This document shows, in pieces, positions 1-10,549 of a stretch of 64,000 nt of DNA (positions within the stretch are counted from its first letter, which is position 1; each line of letters opens with the position of its first letter). A program made the position numbers and the translations under genes. The notes below the pieces were generated by a model. The model did not search any database. It worked only from the letters and a program-made list of their open reading frames with translations, and was not told the origin of the DNA. This DNA comes from Azolla caroliniana (taxonomy: Eukaryota > Plantae > Polypodiophyta), in NCBI GenBank assembly GCA_043228905.1, contig JBHGNT010000002.1:17298001-17362000 (forward strand), written 5' to 3'.

Positions 1-633
1 CTCACTTAATTAGAACAAGTCATAGGGCTATGGGTGGGTGAAGAACCTCATCCCACTTGATATCCAGGTCCTGCTTTCCGATGGCTTCACCAGGGTGAAC
101 CTGTTCAGTATTTGGGATGCCTGGTTGGTATAACCTCGAAAGTAGATGTGATCCATCCATGTCTGGAAAACAACAACTACAGTAACTTTATGGGTATTAT
201 GGAAATGTAGATGTAGTCGACTTTAAGATGCAACAAATCTTGGTCCTTCAGATGTACTGCTTGAGATATGGGAGACACTGCTGACAGTAGTCCGTGGGCA
301 GTATGATAATATGTATGGTTCTCCAAAAAATGTTCATAAGAGAAGGATAAAGTTTCTTCACTTATGGAGGAAGTTGCCCCTCTTTGTAGTGTTAGATCAA
401 GGGCCTGAATGGAACTATCGACTTCCATGGACCCTTTCTTGATTATCAATACATCATGGTAATGTACCATATCAAGTTTCAACACCCCTTTATAAGTTGT
501 TTTTGTATGTACAGGTTTTGGTGTACATACAATGTCATTTATTCTATGTTGTAAGCCTTTGGGCAAATAGCTTTAACTTGTAGCCTTTAGACATTTTTAA
601 TACAATTGACGAAAATCTTTAAAGGGAAAAAAA
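1..633 (+). mobile_element. Degraded, internally deleted L1-clade LINE ORF2 remnant (RT C-terminus plus C-terminal region, A-rich end)
   Basis: Manual translation gives ...AFRWLHQGEPVQYLGCLVGI (70-132), the YLG motif ending LINE RT. It also gives TLWVLWKCRC...IWETLL...LWRKLP...EWNYRLPW (~180-440). In-frame stops are present; A-rich run at ~620-633. Confidence 0.55.
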
Positions 634-849
634 GGAAGATCGAGACTGATTAAGGATTGAATACGAAGGAATTCCCTCAAGGGGATACCAAGAAGAGGAT
701 TGAGAGCCACTTGGAGGAGTCAAGGAGGAGACCCAAGCCATAGAAGTGCTTGGGACTACTTTGTGAGCTTGATGGGACCCCCATAAAATACAGGCCTAAC
801 ACAAATGATCAAGTGATTTCTTTGTCGATGGTATATGATTCTCTCTCTT

Positions 850-961
850 TTATTATTTATTTTATTTTATTAATGATGATTGGGCAAATACACCAATTGT
901 CTCATGGGCCAATTTTTGGCCTTAGAAGACTTTAATATATCCTTCTTTCTCTCTTTCTTCT
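850..961 (+). mobile_element. 3' tail fragment of the same LINE family as element R, with a (CTTT)n-like tail
   Basis: ccaattgtctcatgggccaatttttggccttagaagactttaatatatccttctttctct matches the reverse complement of ~35495-35560 (ccaattgtctcatgggccaaatttggccttagaagacgttaatatatctttctttc). Confidence 0.7.
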
Positions 962-1189
962 CTGTAAAATTTTGTACTTTGGGGTGTTAAGGGCATATTA
1001 TTAAATTTCCCAAAATAAGAAGAGGTAAGGAAAAAGACCTCTTCTAAAACCGAGAGAAGAAACCATATCTTCCATGTCATCCAAGAAACCCAAAAGCAGC
1101 GAGGAAAATCCCTACACTTTTTATGCACAATCTGCGTGAATTTATTGTTATAACTTATAACTTATACTTATCTCTCGATTTATATACAT

Positions 1190-3463
1190 ATGCCCTGCGT
1201 TGAGGATCTAGGTTTATATCTACTCAAGTACAGGTCAGAAAGGACACTGCATAGAGCTATGCTTCTTTATACCCACATGAGAGGAAACGGCTTAGATTCC
1301 CATCCACCCTTTGGCAATGGAATCCTTAGTATTTTTGTTGATCTTTGTACAAATGAAAGTATGAGCAATGCCCAACAAGTCTTTGATCTCCTGCTCTATA
1401 GAGACGGTTTCTCTTGGAATGCTCTCCTCTTAGGTTATATCAGAACAGGTCAGCATTCTACGGCCCTCTTCATATATGAGAAAATGCGAGAATCTGATCC
1501 ACTTCTTCTTGAAAAATCCTCTGTCCTTGCTTTGATTAAGGTATGTGCTCAACTTAAGAATCTTGAAAAAGGATGCCAAATTCATGATGAAAATTTGAAC
1601 AAATTCTTGGTTGGTAGTTCTTCTTTATTATGTGATTGCTTGATCCATATGTATTTGAGATGTAGGTCTGTAACCAAAGCTCAAGAGATGTTCGATACGT
1701 ATCCCATCCAAAATGTGGTCCTTTGGACCACATTGATGACATGCTATGTGGAATATGGACAAGGAGATAAAGCACTAACATGTTTCGAGCAAATGATACA
1801 TATGGGTATCTCACCGGATATAATTACATATCTTTGTGTTTTAAAAGCATGTGGTAGCATTCAGTCACTTACCCACGGAGAAGGAATATACGCTCAAATC
1901 ATCGTTAAAGGGTTTGAATCTGATCTTGCTGTTGGAAGTACCTTGATTGATATGTATGTGAAATGTGGCTTGATAGAAATAGCAAGAGTGGTGTTGATTC
2001 AGCTTCCCATTCGTAACGTGGTAGCATGGAATGCTTTGATTTCAGGGTTCGTAGATCATGGAAGCTATGAAGAAGCATTATGGCTTTCAAAATACATGCA
2101 ATCTGAGGGTATCCCTCCCGACGATGTCACATTTGTTTCTATTTTGAAAGCTTGTGGTTCAATAGGAGATAAAGACAGATGCCTTCGTATACACACTGAG
2201 GTTGTGAATAAAGGATTCGATAAAGGATGCCATCAGGTTTGCAACACCTTGATTGACCTGTATGTTAAAAGAGGCTTATTTGAAGAAGCACAGAAAGTGT
2301 TTGATGGCGTTCAAGTCCGTACAATCGTCTCATGGAATGCTCTCATTTCCGGTTATTCTGACCCTACACAAGTTGATGTAATGCTGGATTTCTTTGACCA
2401 ATCAGAAAAAGAAGGATTTTCTCCTAATATCATTACATTTATCACTGTTTTGAAGGCTTGTGCAAGCACAGGAGTTACTACGAGTGAGTGCCGTAAAATA
2501 CATATTAAAATCTCTAAAAAAGGTTTGGAAACGGACCTCATGGTTAGAAGCACCTTGATCGATACTTATGTGAAGTATGGACTTTTCGATGATGCACGGA
2601 GTGTTTTTGTCAGCAATATACAACAAAATGCAGTTTCATGGAACGCATTGATATCTGGCTACGACGAACATGGATGCAGTGAAGAGGCATTGAAATGGTT
2701 TGATCAGATGCAAGCTGAGGAAGTCGCTCCACATGCTGCCACATTTGTTTGTACCATTAAAGCTTGTGGAAACATAGGATCGATAAACAAAGGCCAAGAG
2801 ATACACTCTGAGGTTATAGCTAGAGGATATGAAGAAGAGACTTTCATTGGGAATACATTGGTTGACATGTATACTAAATGTGGTAGCCTTGCAGAAGCCT
2901 GCATAATTTTTAACAACCTTCAAGTTCAAGATGAAGTCTCTTGGAATGCAATGATCACAGGGTATGCTCAGGTTGGAGAAAATGAAAAGGTTTTTCAAAC
3001 TTTCGAGAGAATGACTAGGAATTGTATGAAACCAAATTCCATAACATTTCTCACAATTCTAAATGCATGCAGCCATGCAGGGGAACTGGATAGGGGATGG
3101 AGGTGCTTTGAAGTTATGATTAAGAACTTTGGTGTTTTTCCATATGTTGAACATTATACTTGTATGGTTGACCTTCTTGGGAGGTCAGGTCATGTAGAAG
3201 AGGCACTATTGTGGATGAACATGTTGCCTATTCATCCGAGCCTTGTGTTATGGCATGCAGTACTAGGAGCGTCCCGCAAGTGGTGTGACGTAGACATCGG
3301 AAGACATGCATTTGAACATGCCATCCAACTAGATAAAGGAGATGCTGGTGCCTATATATGTATGTTCAACATCTATGTAGATGGTCACATGCATGAAGAA
3401 GCGGAAAAGATTGAAAAACTGAGAGTACAAAACCATGCATTGACAAAAAAATGTGCTTTATAA
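1190..3463 (+). CDS. PLS-class pentatricopeptide repeat protein with C-terminal E domain and no DYW; probable organellar RNA-editing specificity factor
   Basis: 757-aa ORF of P-L-S triplets (VSWNALISGY, TFVSILKACG, NTLIDMYVKCG). Terminal LNACSHAG...HYTCMVDLLGRSG (L2/S2) and E motif WHAVLGASRKW...AYICMFNIY. The true start is uncertain; an upstream exon is possible. Confidence 0.93.
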   Translation: MPCVEDLGLYLLKYRSERTLHRAMLLYTHMRGNGLDSHPPFGNGILSIFVDLCTNESMSNAQQVFDLLLYRDGFSWNALLLGYIRTGQHSTALFIYEKMRESDPLLLEKSSVLALIKVCAQLKNLEKGCQIHDENLNKFLVGSSSLLCDCLIHMYLRCRSVTKAQEMFDTYPIQNVVLWTTLMTCYVEYGQGDKALTCFEQMIHMGISPDIITYLCVLKACGSIQSLTHGEGIYAQIIVKGFESDLAVGSTLIDMYVKCGLIEIARVVLIQLPIRNVVAWNALISGFVDHGSYEEALWLSKYMQSEGIPPDDVTFVSILKACGSIGDKDRCLRIHTEVVNKGFDKGCHQVCNTLIDLYVKRGLFEEAQKVFDGVQVRTIVSWNALISGYSDPTQVDVMLDFFDQSEKEGFSPNIITFITVLKACASTGVTTSECRKIHIKISKKGLETDLMVRSTLIDTYVKYGLFDDARSVFVSNIQQNAVSWNALISGYDEHGCSEEALKWFDQMQAEEVAPHAATFVCTIKACGNIGSINKGQEIHSEVIARGYEEETFIGNTLVDMYTKCGSLAEACIIFNNLQVQDEVSWNAMITGYAQVGENEKVFQTFERMTRNCMKPNSITFLTILNACSHAGELDRGWRCFEVMIKNFGVFPYVEHYTCMVDLLGRSGHVEEALLWMNMLPIHPSLVLWHAVLGASRKWCDVDIGRHAFEHAIQLDKGDAGAYICMFNIYVDGHMHEEAEKIEKLRVQNHALTKKCAL

Positions 3464-3789
3464 GTCTGTACCATCGATACATTGAAAAAAATAGCTCGTT
3501 AGGAAAACGTAAATGCCAATTGAGAGTATTGTATATGGCCTCTTAGGACTATAAAAATATTGTATATTTCGTTGCCATGGTTTGACAAGAAAACTAAGCT
3601 GTCTTGCTACATGAAAGATGTGAATGAAGGTGAAGCATACATTGGCAATCCTTTTGAGCGGAAGTGGTGCGTAAATTTTATTCTTGGCTCAAAGATTCTT
3701 GAGAAATTTCATGATTTAATATGAAAGATTGTGGAAGATACACTGATGATCACTAAAGTGGAAGTGTGATATATGCATAAATTTTACAC

Positions 3790-3881
3790 TTGTCCCAAAG
3801 ATCTGAAACATTGCATGATTCAATTACTGTGTTACGCTTTGTCTCAAAGGTCTGAAACATTACATGATTCAATTACTGTGT
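3790..3881. repeat. Two-copy tandem duplication, 49-bp period
   Basis: ttgtcccaaagatctgaaacattgcatgattcaattactgtgt at 3790 and ttgtctcaaaggtctgaaacattacatgattcaattactgtgt at 3839. Confidence 0.85.
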
Positions 3882-4686
3882 ATTTCCCCTACCCCAACAA
3901 AGATCATGGAGACTGACAGAAATGCAAGTAGTTTCCATGGTAAACTTTGTCATGAAACGAGTGCTCAAACAAACATGTAACCTGAAATTATGTGATGCGG
4001 AAGATTTTACAACGGTATAATATAAGGAGATTTTTGTGAATATTGCTGAAATATGCTTTGAATTACAAGAGGTTGCATGCATGCCTTCCCATCTTTGTTA
4101 TTGAAAACGAAACTATATTTTCCAAGCATGATGTTTCTACTTAAGGCCTCCAGCATTTCAGATACAACATTGAGATGAAAAAAAACTAAATGCTCTTGCG
4201 TTTGTAGTATATCTCTACTTGTTATTGTGGTCTTATATCCAAGTTCCATGTTAATGGAGTGTCATATCAAAAGAGCTCTCTCAAAAAACATGGCTTCTTA
4301 TTATGAAAATCTAGGCCATAGTCTAGATGCATCTTATGTGAAGAATGTTGTTTGATCAATGTAGGTTATATCTTGAAACATTTGAGATAAACGAAAAAAG
4401 AAAGATACTTGAGTGATGTCAATGTAGGCTAGCTTTTAAAAGCATTGAGATGAAAGAGTATAAAGGTTCATAATTTACCTTCTCCCACTCCCAAGGGATT
4501 GAATTTGAGATGGAAGGAAAATAAACTTGTTGTAATGCTACTATCTACATCATCCTTTCCTAGCACCAAATCTTGTACAACTTGGTGCCCCACTTTACCA
4601 CGCTATGTTACAAACTATAACAATTCTGAAGGAAACCTGTAGTTGGGTTCTCTTGATTGTTGGTTTTGTTACTTTTTGAGCAATCC

Positions 4687-6144
4687 TCAACAGTCCTTCA
4701 AGGGAGGATGATTATGATTAAAACACTCTCCCACAACCACCCTTCCTAATTCATCAAGAGGATTTGGAGGCAGGATAATGTCCCATATGGCATCCATGTC
4801 TATACTAGGTACACTGCTTAAAGGTTTCTTGACACAAGGTTCCCATGTAAAGCCCATAAGATCATCAACTAAACCACCACTTCCTTGCAACGGTAATGAT
4901 GATCCTGTGGATCCGATATCCTCCTCGGGTGATAAAGAACGAAAAGAAGACATATCTGCATCAACGACATGATTGATATGCTGAAAGGAGTGGATAAGTG
5001 AACTGGATTCGTCTTCTTCCTCTTCTTTTTTATTACTGATGGATACTCGCACAAATTCCCTATCCATGCTAGGATTGCTGTTGTAACTTGTATTCAATTT
5101 TTGCTGTGGATACACATCTCCATTGTACCTATCCGTGCTAGGATTACTGTTGTAACTTGTATTCAATTTTTGCTGTGGGTACGCATCTTCATTGTATTTG
5201 GTGGTACATGAGGATTTCACGTCCTCATTCTCGTAGGATGATTTCACCTCAGTCTCAAGGTGCACATTTGGTTTTTGTCCTTTCGCTGCTTGCTCGGCAA
5301 TGATTGCCTCTAGTTTGGCATCTAGGTTGCATATCATCGCCTCAGTTAATATGATCCCATTCAAAGGGACAGCTGAGTGTTGCAAAGATGAAGGGAAATT
5401 GAGGCGAGCGCGATCGCCTCGCAATTTGTAAGCAGCCCGATCGTAAGCGAGGGCTGCTTCTTCGGCTGTATCGAAGGTTCCTAGCCACACCCGTGTTCGA
5501 TTCCGAGGGAGCCTTATCTCCGCAACCCACTTGCCCCAATGCCGTTGTCTAACTCCCCGGAATAGCTTCGAGGGTTTCTTTTCGGCCACTTGCTTCATCG
5601 ATGTCATGGGTTTAGGGCGAAGCTCTAGGAATGAATGATGTGGATGTGGGATGTCATGCATATTGATAGAAGCTTGAGGATGGGGATGTGGATGAGGTGT
5701 TGAGTAATGGTCTCTGTGTGTGGTTGAGATAGGTGTCCATGTGGGAAGCAATAATGGATGGAATTGTGGCGAGATCTGAGGATGCATATTTGTTGTACGA
5801 TGATGATGTTGCTTCTGCTGTTGATGATAAGACCAGAAACTATCAGAACTCCAACTCGAAGAAGAAGAAGAAGAATCAGTATGAGGAAGCATATTCGTTG
5901 TATGATGTGGTTGATGATGATGATGATATGATGAGAAACCATCGGAACTCCAACTAGAAGAAGAAGAGTCAGGGCTTTCTGGGAGATGCGAGTTTATGGT
6001 ACAACTAGTGATAGACGAGTTTCCAACAGTATGGCCGCGGATTGCTTGAGAGAGCTCATCCATCACCATGGATGATTCTTCAAGGAATGGCCATTTGGAA
6101 GAAGGTGGAGGAGATGCAGAGATATGTGCACATTGAGCCATCAT
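4687..6144 (-). CDS. AP2/ERF transcription factor, ERF group I / DREB A-6 (RAP2.4/WIND-like)
   Basis: Single AP2 domain [59 protein letters not shown]. Group-I-like flanking motifs: PKPM..MKQ upstream, LDAKLEAI downstream, C-terminal [10 protein letters not shown]. Uninterrupted 485-aa ORF. Confidence 0.93.
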   Translation of the reverse strand: MMAQCAHISASPPPSSKWPFLEESSMVMDELSQAIRGHTVGNSSITSCTINSHLPESPDSSSSSWSSDGFSSYHHHHQPHHTTNMLPHTDSSSSSSSWSSDSFWSYHQQQKQHHHRTTNMHPQISPQFHPLLLPTWTPISTTHRDHYSTPHPHPHPQASINMHDIPHPHHSFLELRPKPMTSMKQVAEKKPSKLFRGVRQRHWGKWVAEIRLPRNRTRVWLGTFDTAEEAALAYDRAAYKLRGDRARLNFPSSLQHSAVPLNGIILTEAMICNLDAKLEAIIAEQAAKGQKPNVHLETEVKSSYENEDVKSSCTTKYNEDAYPQQKLNTSYNSNPSTDRYNGDVYPQQKLNTSYNSNPSMDREFVRVSISNKKEEEEDESSSLIHSFQHINHVVDADMSSFRSLSPEEDIGSTGSSLPLQGSGGLVDDLMGFTWEPCVKKPLSSVPSIDMDAIWDIILPPNPLDELGRVVVGECFNHNHPPLKDC

Positions 6145-6290
6145 TGGGGAGATAGGGGAAGCTGAAGAAGAAGAAAGAAAGAAACACAGAGGAATTTGGA
6201 AGAACAGAGGAAATAATAATAATAATAAGAAGAATAGAAGAAGGAGGAGGAGGAGATGACGATGATGAAGAAAAAAATGACAGAGTCGCA

Positions 6291-6401
6291 GAAATTATAA
6301 GAGGGGAGAAAGGAGGAGCTGAGTAACAGGGGCTTGACACGTGGCGATGGCTATGTCCTCTAGCGACCGGCAGCTGCCGGTAGCCACCCCAGGACACGCG
6401 T
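6291..6401 (-). promoter_or_regulatory. Proximal promoter of the AP2/ERF gene: TATA-like box, ABRE/G-box, 16-bp palindrome, CE3-like element
   Basis: TTATAAT on - strand (~6294-6300); GACACGTGGC 6336-6345; accggcagctgccggt 6366-6381; ACGCGTGTCCTG on - strand 6390-6401. Confidence 0.6.
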
Positions 6402-7869
6402 CCTTACGCGAGACCTAAATTAATTAAAACAAATCAAATGGAAATTAAGGCCTGAAAAAAAAAAAAACAATACCAAAGACAAAAAAACAAAACCTATTTT
6501 ACTTCGTTTGAGGCTGAGCACGAAAACACACACACACACTCGTCTTTCATCATATTTTTAAATCCTACTCTCTCTCTCTTTCTCTCTTGCTTTCTTATTA
6601 CATCTCTAACGCTCTCTCTCTCTCACATTACATTCAAATAGAATTACCCTTGCCAGAGTGTGCTTTCGTGGGGATTCGTCCAACGTGTAATCGGCACCAC
6701 GTCACTCCTCACTTAACCATTTTTCCCCGAATTCCTTACTGGTGAGATGCATTCCTCACCTCTCCCCTTGAGACACCTCTTTCATCCCCACCCAACCACC
6801 CACCAATCCCAAGCCAAGCCAAAGAACGTAGGAAAAGCTTATTCTATTCGAGTGAAGCATGTTTACCTGCCTTTCCCGAGCTTTTCTAACACCCGAGCTA
6901 CAAGATGAGGATGACTATCATTGAGCCTTTTTTTTAAAAGGCATGGGACAAGCACTTCACGAAAATAATAATGCACATGGTATAAAACAAAAGAATAAAG
7001 AGATGGATGGCCTAAGCTCAGTTTTTCTTTGGTATGGAAGAAGACAAAAGGTTTGAGAGTGAGGTATGGCATCATATGTGAAGGCATCATAACATTGAGA
7101 ATCTTGTGTGTTCAAAAGATTGTGTTGCAGCACGGAAACGACCCTAAGATTGTGTTGCAAAAGAAACAGCAACAAAGATATTTTTTTGGATGGTTGATAT
7201 CTATCCCAGTGTCTTCAATTCTTTGCGGTTCAAAAAGTTCATACTTTGAAATGACTACAGGACAAATTATGAATATATGAGACCTTCCTTGTTTATTGCA
7301 TCCCTTTTATAAAAACCTCATCATTAACAAGGAAATTTATACTCATTGAGACCTTTAACGTGGAAATTGCATGCTCTTACTACAAACCTCGTCATAAATA
7401 GGCTCATTGCATCATAACAATTTAAGAAATGTACCCTGGCAAAGCCTTTTGTGCCCAAGTTTGACCATGACCATGAAATGTTTACATCTATAGCTAGACT
7501 CATACACGTTTGTTCAATAATAACAATGGGTATAACAAAAACAATGATATTTGTGTCATGTGTTAAACTTATAATTGTGGTGAAAGGGTTTTTTATTGTT
7601 AGATACTTTGAAACTTAAGACTTTATTTCTTGTAAATGTTTACATTGTAAAGTTCAAAGGTCCATGGTTAAGCACACCACTTTGTCAAGATAGGGAAAAC
7701 CTAAAAACCCTCTTGATGGAATCAAAATTTTGTTTTAAAGTGATTACGATGGATCCATGAACATGTACTTGCACACTCGCTACTATTATTGAATGAAGAG
7801 GAAGAGCATCCTAAAATCAAACGAAATCTTAAATCCCCAGGGATACAATACAAACCCTAAAAACTTTAT

Positions 7870-9440
7870 CTAGATGTGAACGAGTGGCAATGTTTCTCCA
7901 ACATTACAATGTGTATAAACACTGGCAACCAACCATAATTGAGACTCTGTTCTCAAGTGTAGAAGACAATGCAAACATAAAGGGGTGTCTCGGCTCCACC
8001 AATCACACACAAAAACTAATGTGGGAGCATCACTTTGTTGAAGGGGTGCATGTGCAATAAAGCTCACATTATTGGAACATCTATGTTTTCTACAAGGAAG
8101 GCCTTGTCTTAAAGGGTGAAGTACAAGAACTAGTACAAAAGGTGATACTATGTATTGAAATCTTGAAATTTTCATGTTTTAATGGCACCCGAGCTTAAAT
8201 TTCATGCACCGTTTGATATGAGGATTTGTGTTTAGGTTATGGTATTCTATGAGCTTATTTATTGTTTCATTCGTTCGTCACATTTGAGCTTGATTCTTCA
8301 AGTTGCTAATTCTCCTTGTTACCTAAGCCTTTTTATCCAGCTCAAAAAGTTTCTTGCAATTGCCTAACGTCGTAAAAATCCATGAATTTCTCAATGGCAT
8401 GCTGTAAAGTATTCCATATGCTTCTTGAGAAATATTGAATGTCATATGTGATCAAATATTTAACTATATGTGGTCTACTATTATACACATCCATCCACTC
8501 GTAAGTTTCCATCCATCCTAAAGTGTGTGCCCACTATCCATATTTAATATAATTGACTCTAGAGAGAGAGAGAGGGAAGGAGGGAGAGGGAGGGAGGGAG
8601 GGAGAGCATGTGCTTGTGTGTATTGAAATATATCAACATTGCTCTTGTTCGATTGTTTTATGCAAGAGTTTTGTCAGCTTCATTGGTTTGTCTACTCTCA
8701 TCCCCGCTTTTCGATCACATCTACTCTATTGTTGTTATAATGTAAGGCATCTCCTATTTTGGATGGACTCATTTTCTTGTGGCATCGCACCTTGCCATAA
8801 CTTAACATAAATGCACTACAACCCCTGTAATTCGTGATGAATCACATGAGAGTGGAGTGATTTTCAGCATTTTGTTTTAATATATATTCCAACGTTTTTG
8901 AGACATTTCCTTCCATGCGTAAAAATGTGACAATTTCAATGTTGTAAAACCATTTTTAGATAGACACATTGCCTTTGTAAACCTACAAACTGCTAATGTA
9001 ATAAAAAGTTTTGCTTGAGAGAAAAAATATAACACTAATTGTCAAATCATTCTTGATTGATCTGCAACATCATGAAATTGCAAAAGATCACCTATTAGGG
9101 TGGACATCTTTCCATTAGGCTTCAAGTGAAACCAATAAGACTTAACTATGAGTTGAATGTGTCAAAATAATAGATTGCCATGCTACGAAGAAGTAAACCA
9201 ATGCGTTGGAATCCTTGACCACTTAGAATACAACACATCAATACTTATTCGATTTTTTACAAGGGTTCAAGAGTAACTTCATACACACTAGAAGCCTACA
9301 AACCTTTGCTAAATGCATTGAGTAGAATATGCCTTGCCTAGGCAAACATCCAAACCTCTTTCGTGCTACAAGAAAACAACATTGAAAAAGAAATAAAAGA
9401 CTTTTCTCTTCCATGAAACTAGCGTCTTCCCTATGCATGA
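7870..9440 (-). mobile_element. Possible highly degraded L1 LINE ORF2 3' half
   Basis: Fragmentary motifs on - strand: CLPRQG (post-RT region, ~9340) and LVLH..QGLPCR...TPL..HCLLH....QLW (zf-RVT-like, 7930-8130). No intact domain. Confidence 0.35.
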
Positions 9441-10340
9441 AGGGCCCTTTCTAGGTTTGGGGTTACTATGAGTCCTTTGACTACATACCCGGACAAAACT
9501 GGGAAAACATGCATTACATTACCTTGTTTTTATAGATAAAGTAATCAATTGACTATCTAATGCAACAAAGACTATAATAATTAGAACTTAGAAATATAAG
9601 GTACTAGTATGAAAACTAAAACGTAGACACGTTCATGTGGATCCAAAAAGATTAGGAGGAAAACAATATGAAGATGACACCTAGGTATGCGAAAAATGGA
9701 ATCTTACAACAATGTGTGGTCCTTCAAACATATATTTACCATTTATTGTTAGACTTTTAAACACACTCTATGGGGATATATAATTATATCAATAAGAACA
9801 ATGTTGCATTAGTCACCATAAAGAACACACATTGTAATTTTAATAAATTGTGATTACAATAAAGTACCTATGAGGGATCAAAGCATAAGTAATTTGTAGA
9901 GATATAGGAAGTGATAAGGATGCATGATGTGGCAAACCAAACTGTTAGGTTTTTTCCAAAGCCTATCTTTCTCTTTACTCATACAAGTATTGAATCATGG
10001 ATGAACATGTTCGACTGAACCACGATGGTAGTAAATAAGAAGGTACAATCAAGTGATTCCATGTGATGAGCTCATAAGGATTTGCCCAATCTCTAACCGT
10101 AATGACAAGACATTTGTAACGATCATTGTCAACCATGACTAGGTGGAATCATTAGACAAGGTGGAATCATCAATCTATTTAAGGAATGTTTTCTTTCGCG
10201 CCCATTTTCACAAAGAAAGGGTTGTTAGATGAAGTATTTTGAATATTCAATAATAAATTATAGAATAATCTAGATTAGGTCATCAAGCATGCATCTAATG
10301 TTTAGAGCCTTGTAATATTATAGGTAAAAATAAAATATAT

Positions 10341-10549
10341 TGTGGTGTCCCTTTCATGCCAATGCATGCCTCTTAACACACCACCCTTTTAGCACACCAC
10401 CGGTTTTAGCCCACCCTTTCAGCACACCCTTTTGGGCCGGCCTAGCTACATGTGTCCCAAAAGGGTGTGCTAAAAGGGTGGGCTAAACCCGGTGGTGTGC
10501 TAAAAGGGTGGTGTGTTAAAGGCATGCACTTGCTTGAAAGGGACACCAC
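10341..10549. repeat. Long inverted repeat (~95-bp arms, 19-bp spacer) made of two head-to-head copies of the U3 half of LTR A
   Basis: 10342-10436 is nearly the reverse complement of 10456-10549. Both match 31485-31578. Confidence 0.92.

Noticed and set aside
3464-3800. Degenerate DYW domain after the PPR stop
   Set aside because: I could not find PG-box, HSE, CxxC or DYW-like motifs by eye.
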